Assembly: GCA_964396005.1 (NCBI GenBank)
Contig: CAYNCT010000001.1
Location: 19,679 to 83,678 of the forward strand
DNA length: 64,000 nucleotides
Source of the DNA: an uncultured Verrucomicrobiota bacterium
GTDB taxonomy: Bacteria; Verrucomicrobiota; Verrucomicrobiia; Limisphaerales; J093
Direction: 5' to 3'
The first letter of the stretch is position 1. Each line of letters opens with the position of its first letter. Under the pieces are notes generated by a model that had not been told where the DNA came from, did not search any database, and saw only the letters and a program-made list of their open reading frames with translations. This document shows positions 9,831 through 25,543 of the stretch, in pieces. Made by a program: the position numbers and the translations under genes.

Positions 9831-10777
9831 CAAAACACCTGCTCCACCGTCGCGGTCCTGGCCAGCGGCTCCACCCGGCCGGGGTCCACGTCGCCCGCCA
9901 GCAGCGTCAGCGCGTTGGCCGTTCCTGCGGCCGCCCCCCAACGACACGCTTCCCCCAGGTCGTCGCCCCGCAGCAAACGAGCGGTGACCGCCGCGGTGAA
10001 GGCGTCTCCCGAGCCGATCGGATTGACCACCGGCACGGCCGGCGTGCGGACCCGCCAACACCGCGCGCCATCGCTGGCCAGTGTCGCCGCGGCGCCCGCG
10101 GTGACCACGACCCGGCGCGCGCCCCGGGCGATCAGTTCCCGCATGGCCTCCTGCACGGCCGCTTCGTCCGGCAACGTCCGCCTGGTGGTGGCCGCCAGTT
10201 CGGCGCGATTGGGTTTCACGAGATCCGGCCCGGCCGGCAGCGCTGCCAGCAAGGGCGCGCCCTGGGCATCGACCACGGCCAGCACCCCGCGCGCGCGGGC
10301 CAGCTCGGTCACCCGGCCATACCAATCGGCGGGCCCGCCGGGCGCCAGCGTGCCGGACATCACCACCGCCCGGCACGCGGGAAGGTGGCGCGCCACCCGG
10401 GCCAGCAACTCGTCAAAAGCCTCCGCCGCCACCGCTCGGCTTTCCTCGACCAGTTCGGTGACAGTCCCGTTGCCCTCGTCAATCACCGTCACGCACTGAC
10501 GGGTCGGAGCCTCAACCTCCACGAAGTCCGTTTCGATTCCCAGCTCCACCAACGCCCCCCGCAGCGCCCGGCCGCGCTCGCCGCCGAGGAAGCCGGTCGC
10601 CAGCGGGCGTTCACCCAGCGCGCGCAAGACCTTGGCCACGTTGACCGACTTGCCCGCCGCTCCGTCGGAAGTCGCCGTCGCGCGGTTCACCGCATCGAGC
10701 GTCAGCCGGCGAAACACCATCACCCGCTGCGCCGCCGGCGTGGTGCCCACGCAGAGAATGGAACCGTCGCCACTCAT
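9830..10777 (-). CDS. PfkB-family carbohydrate kinase (1-phosphofructokinase/tagatose-6-P kinase-like)
   Basis: '[14 protein letters not shown]', '[14 protein letters not shown]', '[13 protein letters not shown]' and '[10 protein letters not shown]' are typical of PfkB kinases. Start moved to ATG 10777 (MSGDGS). Confidence 0.85.
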   Translation of the reverse strand: MSGDGSILCVGTTPAAQRVMVFRRLTLDAVNRATATSDGAAGKSVNVAKVLRALGERPLATGFLGGERGRALRGALVELGIETDFVEVEAPTRQCVTVIDEGNGTVTELVEESRAVAAEAFDELLARVARHLPACRAVVMSGTLAPGGPADWYGRVTELARARGVLAVVDAQGAPLLAALPAGPDLVKPNRAELAATTRRTLPDEAAVQEAMRELIARGARRVVVTAGAAATLASDGARCWRVRTPAVPVVNPIGSGDAFTAAVTARLLRGDDLGEACRWGAAAGTANALTLLAGDVDPGRVEPLARTATVEQVF

Positions 10778-10879
10778 GACCGCTTCTCGCGGGAAGCCTG
10801 CTGTTGCACACCCGCGCCGGCCGCGGCGCGAATGTGGCTTGACCACCGCGCCCGGGCGGACGCACGTTTCGTCCGATCC

Positions 10880-11749
10880 ATGCGAGCGCATCCTGAACCA
10901 ACGCCCGGCCGTTTCCGCGCGGGCGGTGGCCCCGGGCGCGGCGGTTTTACGCTCATCGAGTTGCTGGTCGTGATCGGCATCATCGGTGTGCTCGCGAGCA
11001 TGTTGCTCCCGGCGCTCGGGCGCGGCAAGGAACAGGCGCGGTTGATCCAGTGCGTCAGCAACTTGCGCCAGCTCGGCATCGCGATCGAATTGTACAAGGA
11101 CGAGAATCGCTCGCGTTTCCCGTCGGCCACCGCCTACGACGCGGTGGACCCGGAGCAGCCGGGCCTGAAGAGCACGCTGCCGGCCCTGGGCGGGATGAGT
11201 CCGCGCCGCCCGTTCAATCAGGTCGTGCCGCTGGCGGAAGCGCGGCCGCTGTACCCGTATGTGAAGCCGTCAGCGGTGTACCGTTGTTTCCGGGACCGCG
11301 GCCAAAGGCGCCAGTTTTGCCTGCCGGCACCGCGGCCGCTGAAGGAGTCGAATTGGGAGGCGCTGGGCTGCAGCTATCAGTACAACGGCGTCCTGCCCAC
11401 CGTCCTCGAGGGCGGCGGCTTCCGGCAGCCGCCCGCGGGAAACCTCGCCGGCCGGCCGGAGGCGTTTGTCAGCAATCCCTCCCTGTTCATTTTGATGTAC
11501 GAGCCGCCCGCGCGGCTTTACGGCTGCCTCGGCGAACCGCCCGAGTGGTATCAGTGGCATTATTCCTCCGGCCGTTCCGACCTGGACGACCCGGTGTACG
11601 CCCGGCAGCAGTTCATCTCCCCGATCCTGTTTGCCGACGGGCGGTCGGCCTATCACAACTTCTCCCGGGCGCTGGCGCGCGACCCCTACTTTCCCTACGA
11701 GCCGACCGCGAACTGGATCTGGTACGAGCCCGCGGTCAACGCGCGCTAG
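10880..11749 (+). CDS. Prepilin-type N-terminal cleavage/methylation domain protein
   Basis: '[44 protein letters not shown]' and C-terminal '[14 protein letters not shown]'. Only the last ~290 codons of ORF 9530..11749 are used, because the rest is antisense to pfkB. Confidence 0.75.
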   Translation: MRAHPEPTPGRFRAGGGPGRGGFTLIELLVVIGIIGVLASMLLPALGRGKEQARLIQCVSNLRQLGIAIELYKDENRSRFPSATAYDAVDPEQPGLKSTLPALGGMSPRRPFNQVVPLAEARPLYPYVKPSAVYRCFRDRGQRRQFCLPAPRPLKESNWEALGCSYQYNGVLPTVLEGGGFRQPPAGNLAGRPEAFVSNPSLFILMYEPPARLYGCLGEPPEWYQWHYSSGRSDLDDPVYARQQFISPILFADGRSAYHNFSRALARDPYFPYEPTANWIWYEPAVNAR

Positions 11750-11763
11750 CCCGCGTCTTTGCC

Positions 11764-12333
11764 ATGCCGGAAAACTGCCCGAAAGAACTGCACTCACCGG
11801 TCAACGGCTTGCTGCCGCTGCGCCAGCGGCTCGTCGTCGGTCTGGCCGGGGCCGGCGTGTCGGGGGCGGCGTTGGGCGAACTCCTTGAGCGCACCGTGGC
11901 CGCCGCCTGCGTCAAGTGCGGCCTGGTCGTCTCGGCGGGCGAACTGGAGACCGCGGCCCTCGCGCCATCCGCCGAGGCATTGACCGAACCGAAGCTGGCG
12001 CGCTTGCGACAAGGCTACTGCGGCCGCCAGGGCTGCGATTCGAACTACTACACGGTCCGGTTGGCAGCGCATCCCCGGGTGGACTGGGATCGCGTGCTGC
12101 TGGGCCCCGCTGAATCAACGCCAGAGCCGGCGCCGGCGCCGCCGACCGAGGAGGAGGCGGCCGCCGCTGCCGCGACCGAGCGCGCCCGCCGCGCCCGCTG
12201 GCGGCGGGTCGGGGCTGGCGTGGCACTCCTGCTCATCCTGCTGGTGATCCGCCATTTCCTCGAGGGCGGGCGCATCCCCCTGCTCCAACCGCAGCCTGAG
12301 TATCGCACCGGCGCCCCGGTGCAGGTCGAATAG
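11764..12333 (+). CDS. Hypothetical protein with C-terminal TM helix
   Basis: Starts 'MPENCPKEL', has Cys pairs 'CVKCG' and 'CGRQGC', and a TM segment 'VGAGVALLLILLVI'. No recognisable family. Confidence 0.45.
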   Translation: MPENCPKELHSPVNGLLPLRQRLVVGLAGAGVSGAALGELLERTVAAACVKCGLVVSAGELETAALAPSAEALTEPKLARLRQGYCGRQGCDSNYYTVRLAAHPRVDWDRVLLGPAESTPEPAPAPPTEEEAAAAAATERARRARWRRVGAGVALLLILLVIRHFLEGGRIPLLQPQPEYRTGAPVQVE

Positions 12334-12343
12334 TCTGCCACTC

Positions 12344-13771
12344 ATGCGACTCGCGCTCCACCTCATCACGCTCAGCCTGGCGCTCGGAACCCTCGCGCTG
12401 CCCGCGCCCGCGCGCGGGGCCGAGGCCCCGGTCATCCGGGTGGGCCTCGCCCAGGCCGACATCACGCCGCCCGTGGGCATCCCGCTGGCCGGCTACTACC
12501 ACGAGCGCGGCGCGACCGGCATTCTGGATCCGCTCTTTTGCAAGGCGCTGTTGCTGGAGTGCGAGGGCCAGCGGGTTGCCCTGGTCACGCTGGACCTCAT
12601 CAGCGTCACCCGGGAGACCACCGACCGCGCTCGCGCGGAGATCGAGCGCGCCACCGGCATCCCGGGCGAATACGTGATGATCGCTGCCACCCATGCCCAC
12701 ACCGGACCGGAGCTGGCGCAGAGCGGCCGGCGCAACGGGGAGCCCGGCGCCAAGGACAATCTGGTGGTGGCGTTCACGGAGGGGCTGCCGGCGCGGATTG
12801 CGGCCACGGTGCGCCTGGCTGGCGAACGCCTCGAGGCCGCCCAACTGAGCGCCGCCCGGGCGCGCTGCGAGGGGCTGACCTTCAACCGCCGGTACTACCT
12901 GCGCGACGGCAGCGTGGGTTGGAACCCCGGCAAGCTTAATCCCGACATCGTGCTGCCGGCCGGCCCCACTGATCCCGAGGTGGGACTCCTGTTGGTCGAA
13001 AAGGCGGGCGCGTCCGGTCCGCGGGAGGTGCTCGCCACCTGCGTGAACTTTGCCATGCACACGGACACCACCGGCGGCACGAAGTTCAGCGCAGACTGGC
13101 CCGGCGCTTTGAGCCGCGTGCTGGCCGGCTACCACGGAGCTGATCACGTGACGCTGGTCACGCTGGGCGCGTGCGGAAATTTGAACCACCTGGACTTCGC
13201 CTGGCGCTGGCCGCAAGGCACGCCGATCGAGCAGCACCGCATCGCCACCATCCTCGGCGCAACGATCTTTCAGGCCCACAAGGAACTTCAACCGGTGGCG
13301 CCGGGCCCGCTGCGGGCGAAGTCGGTGGTCGTGGAGCTCGCCGTGCCCGAGGTCACTCCCGAGCAGGTGGCCGAGGCGCGGGCCACGCTCGCCGCCGTGA
13401 AAGACGACCGCGGCCCAAACTTCATGAAACAGGTGCGCGCTTACCGTGTCTTGGACCTCGCGGCGCGCGCGGGCCGGCCGTTTCGGGTCGAGGTTCAGGG
13501 GCTCGCACTGGGCGATCAGGTGGCCTGGATCAGCCTGCCGGGCGAGGTCTTTGTCGAACTGGGCCTCGCGCTCAAGAAGCGTTCGCCATTCCTGCATACT
13601 CAGGTCATCGAGCTGGCCAACGAGGACATCGGCTACATCCCCGATCGCCGGAGCTATGCCGAGGGCAACTACGAACCCGAGAGCGCCCGCTGCGCGCCGG
13701 GGTCCGGCGAGCGCCTGGTCGAGGCCGCCGTCCGGCTCCTGCAAGAGCTGCATGCGCCCCGCACCCCATGA
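12344..13771 (+). CDS. Neutral/alkaline ceramidase N-terminal-domain-like secreted hydrolase
   Basis: Signal peptide, then 'VGLAQADITPPVGIPLAGYYHERGATGILDPLFCKALLL' and 'IAATHAHTGPE', which match the ceramidase-N pattern. Confidence 0.65.
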   Translation: MRLALHLITLSLALGTLALPAPARGAEAPVIRVGLAQADITPPVGIPLAGYYHERGATGILDPLFCKALLLECEGQRVALVTLDLISVTRETTDRARAEIERATGIPGEYVMIAATHAHTGPELAQSGRRNGEPGAKDNLVVAFTEGLPARIAATVRLAGERLEAAQLSAARARCEGLTFNRRYYLRDGSVGWNPGKLNPDIVLPAGPTDPEVGLLLVEKAGASGPREVLATCVNFAMHTDTTGGTKFSADWPGALSRVLAGYHGADHVTLVTLGACGNLNHLDFAWRWPQGTPIEQHRIATILGATIFQAHKELQPVAPGPLRAKSVVVELAVPEVTPEQVAEARATLAAVKDDRGPNFMKQVRAYRVLDLAARAGRPFRVEVQGLALGDQVAWISLPGEVFVELGLALKKRSPFLHTQVIELANEDIGYIPDRRSYAEGNYEPESARCAPGSGERLVEAAVRLLQELHAPRTP

Positions 13772-14688
13772 GGCCCACGCTTCCCAATCACCGCCAGCAA
13801 CCGCCCTGCAGCCGACGCGAATTTCTCACCGCTCTGCTGGCGGCGCCCGCGCTGGCCGGATGCGCCACCCCGGCGGCTGCCAGGACGCGCTGGCAGGTCG
13901 GCTGTTACACCCGGCCGTGGGATCGGCACGACTACCGCACCGCGCTCGACGCCATCGCCGAAGCCGGGTTCCGGTACGCGGGCATCATGACCGCGCGGGG
14001 CGCGTCCTGGGTCATGATCACCGCGGAAACCTCGCCGGAGCGCGCGGCGGAAATTGGCGCGGCGCTGAAGCAGCGCCGGCTCCGGGCGGTGTCCGTCTAT
14101 GGCGACTACCGGCCGACGCCGACGGTTGCCGACAATGTGAAGGCCCTCGAGCGGCTGATCATGCACTGCGTCGCCTGTGGCTCGCCGGACCTGTTGCTGG
14201 GCGGGGTCGGCGAGGCGGGCTTGCAGGGGCCCTATTACGATGCGATCCGGGAGGTGAGCGCCGTTGCGGCGGCGCACGGCGTGCGGCTGACCATCAAGCC
14301 GCATGGGGACCGGATCGCCACCGGCCCGCAATGCCGCCGCGTCATCGAGGACGTTGCCCGGCCCAACTTCTGCCTCTGGTACGATCCGGGGAACATCCTC
14401 TACTACTCGGACGGCGCGCTGGATCCAGTGAGCGATGCCGCCACGGTGGACGGTTTGGTGGTCGGGATGAGCATCAAAGATTTCCTGCCGCCCAAGAGCG
14501 TGGACGTGACGCCCGGCCGCGGGCGGGTGGATTTCCCGGCAGTCGTCGCGCGCCTGCGGCAGGGCGGGTTCACGGGAGGTCCGCTGGTCGTGGAGTGTGT
14601 CTCGCGGCCGGACCCGCAGGACGTGAAAGCCATCACCGCCGAGGCGCGCCGCGCGCGCGAATTTGTCGAGCGGCTGGTAGCAGCCTGA
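13768..14688 (+). CDS. Sugar phosphate isomerase/epimerase (xylose isomerase-like TIM barrel) with Tat-type signal
   Basis: 'SRREFLTALLAAPALAG' looks like a twin-arginine signal and the remainder is TIM-barrel-like. The ATG at 13768 overlaps the upstream stop (ATGA). Confidence 0.75.
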   Translation: MRPTLPNHRQQPPCSRREFLTALLAAPALAGCATPAAARTRWQVGCYTRPWDRHDYRTALDAIAEAGFRYAGIMTARGASWVMITAETSPERAAEIGAALKQRRLRAVSVYGDYRPTPTVADNVKALERLIMHCVACGSPDLLLGGVGEAGLQGPYYDAIREVSAVAAAHGVRLTIKPHGDRIATGPQCRRVIEDVARPNFCLWYDPGNILYYSDGALDPVSDAATVDGLVVGMSIKDFLPPKSVDVTPGRGRVDFPAVVARLRQGGFTGGPLVVECVSRPDPQDVKAITAEARRAREFVERLVAA

Positions 14689-14867
14689 GCCGGAACGATT
14701 CAATTGAATGCAAGGTGGAACAGGCGACTGGCCCGTTCTGTCGGGCGCCCCGCCCGCCCGTCGAATGCACAAGGCTGCCCCTGACGGGGGCGCGACTGGA
14801 CGGCAAGTTGCCGCCCAGCACGGCCAGGTTGGCCGTTCCACCCAAAACCTGCTGTCTTGTTCCCGCT
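14688..14867. repeat. TIR-flanked intergenic repeat, copy B (180 bp, 15-bp internal deletion)
   Basis: Begins inside the stop codon of the isomerase gene. Left end AGCCGGAACGA, right end TTGTTCCCGCT (9 of 11 bases). Shares the GGTGGAAC...CTGGCCCGT and GGCAAGTTGCCGCCCAG blocks with copy C. Confidence 0.8.
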
Positions 14868-14955
14868 GAACGACGCTCCACAGCGGGCTCGGCGGGCCAG
14901 AATTCACCGCTTGTTGAATCCGCCGCCCGGCCCCATCGTCCGGGTCAACACATTT

Positions 14956-16323
14956 ATGAATCAAACTCCCCCTCGTTCGACCTCCCGCCGGGAATTCCTC
15001 CGCACCACCGCTCGCGTGGCCGCTGTGTCGGCGGTCGCCGGCTCCTCCCTGCCGTGGGTGCATGCCGCTGGCAGCGACCTGATTCAGGTCGCGCTGATCG
15101 GGTGCGGCGGGCGCGGCACCGGGGCGGCAGACAATGCGCTGTCCACGGTCCGGCAAGGCCCGATCAAGCTCGTCGCCATGGCCGAGATCTTCGAGGGCAA
15201 ACTCCAACGGAGCGTCGAGGGACTGAGCCGAAAGTTTCCCGATCAGTTCGATGTTCCGCCCGAGCGCCGGTTCACCGGGTGGGACGGCTACCAGAAGGCC
15301 ATGGACTGCCTGAAGCCGGGAGATGTCGCCATCTTCGCCACGCCACCGGCCTTCCGGTGGGTTCACCTGACCTACGCCATTGAGAAGGGGATCAATGTCT
15401 TCATGGAGAAACCGGTGACGGTGGACGGTCCGACCACCCGCCGGATGTTCGAACTGGCGGCGGCGGCCGATCAGAAAAACCTCAAGGTCGGCGTCGGGCT
15501 GATGGTCCGGCACTGCCGGGGCCGCCAGGAGTTGTGGCAACGGATTCGCGACGGCGAGATCGGCGACCTTGTCCTGATGCGCGGTTACCGCACCGGCGGG
15601 CAGGCGGCGACCACCGGGCCGAAGCCGCCGAACATGTCCGAGTTTCGCTATCAGGTGCAACGGTTCCACAGCTTCCTTTGGTCGGGAGGCGGCCTGTTCA
15701 GCGACTACAACATCCACCAGGTGGACGAGTGCAGTTGGATGAAGGATGCCTGGCCGGTGAGCGCCCACGGCACCGGCGGGCGCCACTTCCGCGGGGATTC
15801 GGTGGACCAGAATTTCGACAGTTACTCCGTTGAGTACACCTATCCGGACGGCACGAAGTTTTACTTCATTGGCCGGCACATGAACGGCTGCCACGAGGAA
15901 TTCGCCAGCTACGCCCACGGGACCAAGGGCGCGGCCATCATCTCCACCGCCGCCCACACGCCGGGCCGCGTCCGCACGTTCAAGGGCCACAACCTGACGC
16001 GCGCCAACCTGCTGTGGGCTTTCCCGCAACCGGAGCCAAGCCCCTACCAGCTCGAGTGGGACGATCTGATCGCGGCGATCCGCGGCAACCAGCCCTACAA
16101 CGAGATCAAGCGCGGCGCCATCGCCAGCCTCGTCACCTCAATGGGCCGCATCGCCGCCCACACGGGCCAAATTGTCCACTACGACGACCTGCTCAACAGC
16201 GACCACGAGTATGCTCCCGGATTGGACAAGCTGGGCGAAGATTCGCCGGCGCCACTGCAGGCCGGGCCCGATGGCAAGTACCCCGTACCGATGCCAGGAC
16301 GGACCCAAGGGCGGGAGTTCTGA
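14956..16323 (+). CDS. Gfo/Idh/MocA family oxidoreductase with Tat signal
   Basis: 'SRREFLRTTARVAAVSAVAG' Tat-like signal, then the Rossmann motif 'VALIGCGGRGTGAA'. Start moved to ATG 14956. Confidence 0.85.
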   Translation: MNQTPPRSTSRREFLRTTARVAAVSAVAGSSLPWVHAAGSDLIQVALIGCGGRGTGAADNALSTVRQGPIKLVAMAEIFEGKLQRSVEGLSRKFPDQFDVPPERRFTGWDGYQKAMDCLKPGDVAIFATPPAFRWVHLTYAIEKGINVFMEKPVTVDGPTTRRMFELAAAADQKNLKVGVGLMVRHCRGRQELWQRIRDGEIGDLVLMRGYRTGGQAATTGPKPPNMSEFRYQVQRFHSFLWSGGGLFSDYNIHQVDECSWMKDAWPVSAHGTGGRHFRGDSVDQNFDSYSVEYTYPDGTKFYFIGRHMNGCHEEFASYAHGTKGAAIISTAAHTPGRVRTFKGHNLTRANLLWAFPQPEPSPYQLEWDDLIAAIRGNQPYNEIKRGAIASLVTSMGRIAAHTGQIVHYDDLLNSDHEYAPGLDKLGEDSPAPLQAGPDGKYPVPMPGRTQGREF

Positions 16324-16383
16324 ACCGCGTGGCACAGCCGCCCGCCCGCAAGACCGTTTCCTCCTCGCGTCGGCTCGAAACGG

Positions 16384-22317
<5,934 letters not shown>

Positions 22318-22494
22318 CAATGACCGCTGCGGGACGGCCACGCGACGCCGCCCGCGGGTCAATAGGTAGGCGGGGAAGGGCGGGGGATCAACTCAAAAAT
22401 CAACCCATCAAGATGGGATGATATAAAAAGGGACCCTACGTTTGAGCCGGGCCTCCCCGGTGCGGCAACCACCGCAGGGAAACGTTGCCGGCGG

Positions 22495-22529
22495 CGAAAA
22501 TAAAAAAGGCGCGGGAGGTCCCGCGCCTG
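22495..22529 (-). terminator. Rho-independent terminator after the PEP-CTERM gene, upstream of metH
   Basis: The minus strand reads AGGCGCGGGA-CC-TCCCGCGCCT followed by TTTTTTATTTT. Confidence 0.8.
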
Positions 22530-22557
22530 TTGATTGTTTGCCCTGGCGGCTCGTCGC

Positions 22558-23634
22558 TTACGACCGACGGCGAACCCACCACAACGCACCCAGCCCAAAA
22601 CCCAGCAGGGCGTACGTGCTCGGCTCCGGAATCACCTGAAAGGCATGCAGGCCGTTGTTGGTGTCGAGGACGAAAAGCATGCCACCGCCAAATGCCACCG
22701 AGCCCACGCCATTACCGTTGGTGTTGTCCACCGGCAGCGTCTCGGTGTCGAGCAGCACGGGCGTGCCGCCCTTAATGTCGAAGAGATGCACCTTGTCCGG
22801 TCCCGCCACCAGGTCAATGCCGGCGAGCCAGCCGTGGGCGACGTCCACCCCGATGATGGTGAGGCTGGTGGGGACGCCGTCGGCTGCGCCGAAGTTGCCC
22901 ACCGTCGTTCCCGCGAACGGCGACACGCCGGTGTTGACGTCAATGTGTCGCAGGGTTCGGCCCAACGCGGTGCCCCAGAAAGTGTTGCCCGAGCCGAGCG
23001 CCACCCCCAGGCCGATGTCCCCGTCGCCCGCGTCCGTATCAATCGGCAGGCCGGTGAAGTTGAGGCCGTCGCTGGTGATCAATACGGCGGCGTCGCCACC
23101 ACCCCGGGCTGCGAGCAGGACCTGCGTGTTATCGCCGGCGCCGCGCACGTCCAGCGTGTCGCCGAAACGCTTGGAATTGCCCACGCCGGTAACGAATCCC
23201 GCCGAGGGGTCACCGCTGAACGCGACGGTCGGCGTCGCGTTTTCATCCGCCCAGCGGTACAGTTTGAAAGGTGTGGTCAGCGTGTCCGTCGAGAGATTGC
23301 CCAGATAGATTGCGCCGTCGTCTGCCACCCCCAACATGCTACCCGCGAACGTACCCCCGGAAATGATGCCGCTGCTCAGCGACATCGTTCCGACCTCCGC
23401 GCCGGTGTTTGCGTTCAACTTGACGATCTGGAGGCCGCCCGCGCGGTTGACCAGCAGCACGTTGCCGGTCAGTGGATTGTAATCCATGCCCCGCTGGGTG
23501 TTATCGGTGGTCAGATACGACCGCGAGCCCGGATTGAGGCTCCACAGGGGTTGGAGCTCCACTTGGGCCAACGCGGAAACCGCGGCGGCACTGGTGGCCG
23601 CCACGCTGGCGAGCAGGAGAGTGTTGGTTCTCAT
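22558..23634 (-). CDS. PEP-CTERM sorting domain-containing secreted protein (beta-propeller-like repeats)
   Basis: Signal peptide 'MRTNTLLLASVAATSAAAVSALA'. C-terminal 'VIPEPSTYALLGFGLGALWWVRRRS' gives the PEP motif, a TM helix and an Arg cluster. Confidence 0.8.
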   Translation of the reverse strand: MRTNTLLLASVAATSAAAVSALAQVELQPLWSLNPGSRSYLTTDNTQRGMDYNPLTGNVLLVNRAGGLQIVKLNANTGAEVGTMSLSSGIISGGTFAGSMLGVADDGAIYLGNLSTDTLTTPFKLYRWADENATPTVAFSGDPSAGFVTGVGNSKRFGDTLDVRGAGDNTQVLLAARGGGDAAVLITSDGLNFTGLPIDTDAGDGDIGLGVALGSGNTFWGTALGRTLRHIDVNTGVSPFAGTTVGNFGAADGVPTSLTIIGVDVAHGWLAGIDLVAGPDKVHLFDIKGGTPVLLDTETLPVDNTNGNGVGSVAFGGGMLFVLDTNNGLHAFQVIPEPSTYALLGFGLGALWWVRRRS

Positions 23635-23933
23635 AGGTCAGGTCAGTTTGGCGAGAGAAAGGTGGCAAGGCTGCCAATGGCGTCAACCCCAAAATCCCGT
23701 GCATCCACAGGTTGGCCGGCCTGTTCACGGATGGGTATGGGCTGGGCTGGCAGGCCATGCGGCAACGAAGAGACAAGCGCTGGCGCCAGCCGCTTTCCAT
23801 GCTCCGAGCCGCCGGGTTGGCTATCAGCACCGCGGGGACGCTTGCCGGCTGGCGGGCTGGCGTGCCCCGGCAACCCGTCCGTGCCCGACATTGCGGGCTT
23901 TCATTCCGGCGGCCGGTCGTTACGCTGGGGGGC

Positions 23934-25427
23934 ATGAAGACAACCCACACGCGCCCCCTGACGCTCCTGATCGTCGCGTTGGCCCTGGTGGCGGACCTGC
24001 CGCTGGCAGCGCAGCAACACCGCGCCACCCGTCTGGGCAATCCCGAAACCCGGTTCGCGCCCCCGCTGACCTCGCCCCAGCAGCTCCGTGCCCTACTGAC
24101 GAGCGAAGAAATGCGGGCGGATGTGGAGTCCATTCTCGCGCAGGGAGGCTATCGGGGCGACGTGGGCGACTTTCGCCGCGCCGCGGCGTCGAACGAGATT
24201 TACGAGATCCGCATGCACCCGGGCACCATCATGCCCTACATGTCGGCGCGCAAGCACGGCCGGCCGGTGGCGCTAAAAGAGGTCTTATGGGCGGGCAAGG
24301 AACCGTTTGAGGCCTATGCGTTCCTGTTCACCTCGCGTGGCCAGCGGTACCGCTGCGTGACGCCCAAGCCGTGCAGCAACTTCTTCACGGAAGAGCTCGG
24401 CCCCGAACCGCCTCCGATGCTCGGGCTCCGCACCGTGGCCCCGACTTCCGTGAGCCGGTGTGCCCCCTTCGAGGTCGCGCTGGTGGTCACCAATGCCGGG
24501 CGCGTGCCGTTGACCGGCGTCCGGCTAACCGGAGAGCTCCCGCCCGGGTTGCGGCCGGTCCGAGCCGACGCCGCGCCAGCGTGGGACGCCGGCACGCTGG
24601 CACCGGGCGCCACGCGAGAGTTCCGGTATGAGGTCGAAGCCGAGTCCGCCGGCGACCTGGCCCTCCGCGCGCGCGCGACCTCGGCCGAAGGCGGCCGCGC
24701 GGAGGCAATCGCCACCACCACGGTGCGCGCTCCGGTGCTGACCCTTGAATGCGAGACCCTGAAGACGCTCCTGCTGGGGCGTCCGCTGGACGTCTGCCTG
24801 ACCGTCCGCAACACCGGTGATACGAACGAACCGCGGGCGGTGGTTCGCCTGCAGCTCCCGGAAGCCAGCAAAATCACGGGTGTGAGCGAAGGCGGGGTGG
24901 CCTCCCCGGTGGATGTGATTTGGGAACTCGGGGATCTGGCCCCGGGCGCCACCAAGGTGCTGTGCGCCACGTTGCGGGCGGTGGACGTCGGCGAATTCTT
25001 TGTCCAGGCCTCGGCCACCGGCGCTTGCGCCCCGCCCGCCGAATCCGCGTGCGCCACCCAGGTGGCCGGCATCCCGGCCATTCTGCTCGAAGTCGTGGAC
25101 GCCGAGGATCCGGTGCCAGTTGGGGAAAACGTCACCTACCAGATCCGGGTTACCAATCAGGGCTCGGCCCCCGGCACCAACGTGCGGATCGCCTGCGCTT
25201 TGCCCGCGAACCAGCAGTTCGTCTCCGGCGCAGGCAGGACGGAAGTCAGCGTCGCCGGGCAAACCTTGACCTTCGCGCCTCTCGCCGTTTTGGCGCCGAA
25301 AGACCGGGCCGAGTGGCAGGTGGTGGCCCGGGCCACCGGGGCCGGTGACACCCGCTTCGAGGTGAAACTGACCAGCGACCAGTTCACCCAACCGATCGAG
25401 GAGACCGAGTCCACCACGCACTACTGA
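23934..25427 (+). CDS. DUF11 / conserved-repeat-domain secreted protein
   Basis: Signal 'LLIVALALVADLPLAAQ'. Repeated modules 'VALVVTNAGRVPLTGVRLTGELPPGL', 'LTVRNTGD' and 'VTYQIRVTNQGSAPGTNVRIACALP' are typical of DUF11 repeats. Start moved to ATG 23934. Confidence 0.7.
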   Translation: MKTTHTRPLTLLIVALALVADLPLAAQQHRATRLGNPETRFAPPLTSPQQLRALLTSEEMRADVESILAQGGYRGDVGDFRRAAASNEIYEIRMHPGTIMPYMSARKHGRPVALKEVLWAGKEPFEAYAFLFTSRGQRYRCVTPKPCSNFFTEELGPEPPPMLGLRTVAPTSVSRCAPFEVALVVTNAGRVPLTGVRLTGELPPGLRPVRADAAPAWDAGTLAPGATREFRYEVEAESAGDLALRARATSAEGGRAEAIATTTVRAPVLTLECETLKTLLLGRPLDVCLTVRNTGDTNEPRAVVRLQLPEASKITGVSEGGVASPVDVIWELGDLAPGATKVLCATLRAVDVGEFFVQASATGACAPPAESACATQVAGIPAILLEVVDAEDPVPVGENVTYQIRVTNQGSAPGTNVRIACALPANQQFVSGAGRTEVSVAGQTLTFAPLAVLAPKDRAEWQVVARATGAGDTRFEVKLTSDQFTQPIEETESTTHY

Positions 25428-25543
25428 GCAGCCCGGAGGTGGACGGTCAGGGCTTCTCCAAGAGCCGCTGATTCGCGCAGAACGCCGTTGCCGGCTGGCG
25501 CGACACTTGACCCGGCGGCAGTGGATTTCCATGCTGCCGGCCG

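Noticed and set aside
9530-10879. N-terminal ~450 codons of ORF 9530..11749 as part of the prepilin-like protein
   Set aside because: This portion is antisense to the well-supported pfkB kinase gene and runs through repeat copy A. The prepilin-type leader 'GFTLIELL' must be near the N-terminus, so the real gene starts around 10832-10880.
22363-22494. Cobalamin, SAM or SAH riboswitch in the metH leader
   Set aside because: I read the minus strand of the leader and found no B12 box (AGYCMGGAGACCKGCC-like) and no SAH-riboswitch strings (GAGGAGCGCUGC ... AACGGCGCUCAC). Only generic hairpins and an AT-rich promoter-like patch are present. A covariance-model scan would be needed to be certain.
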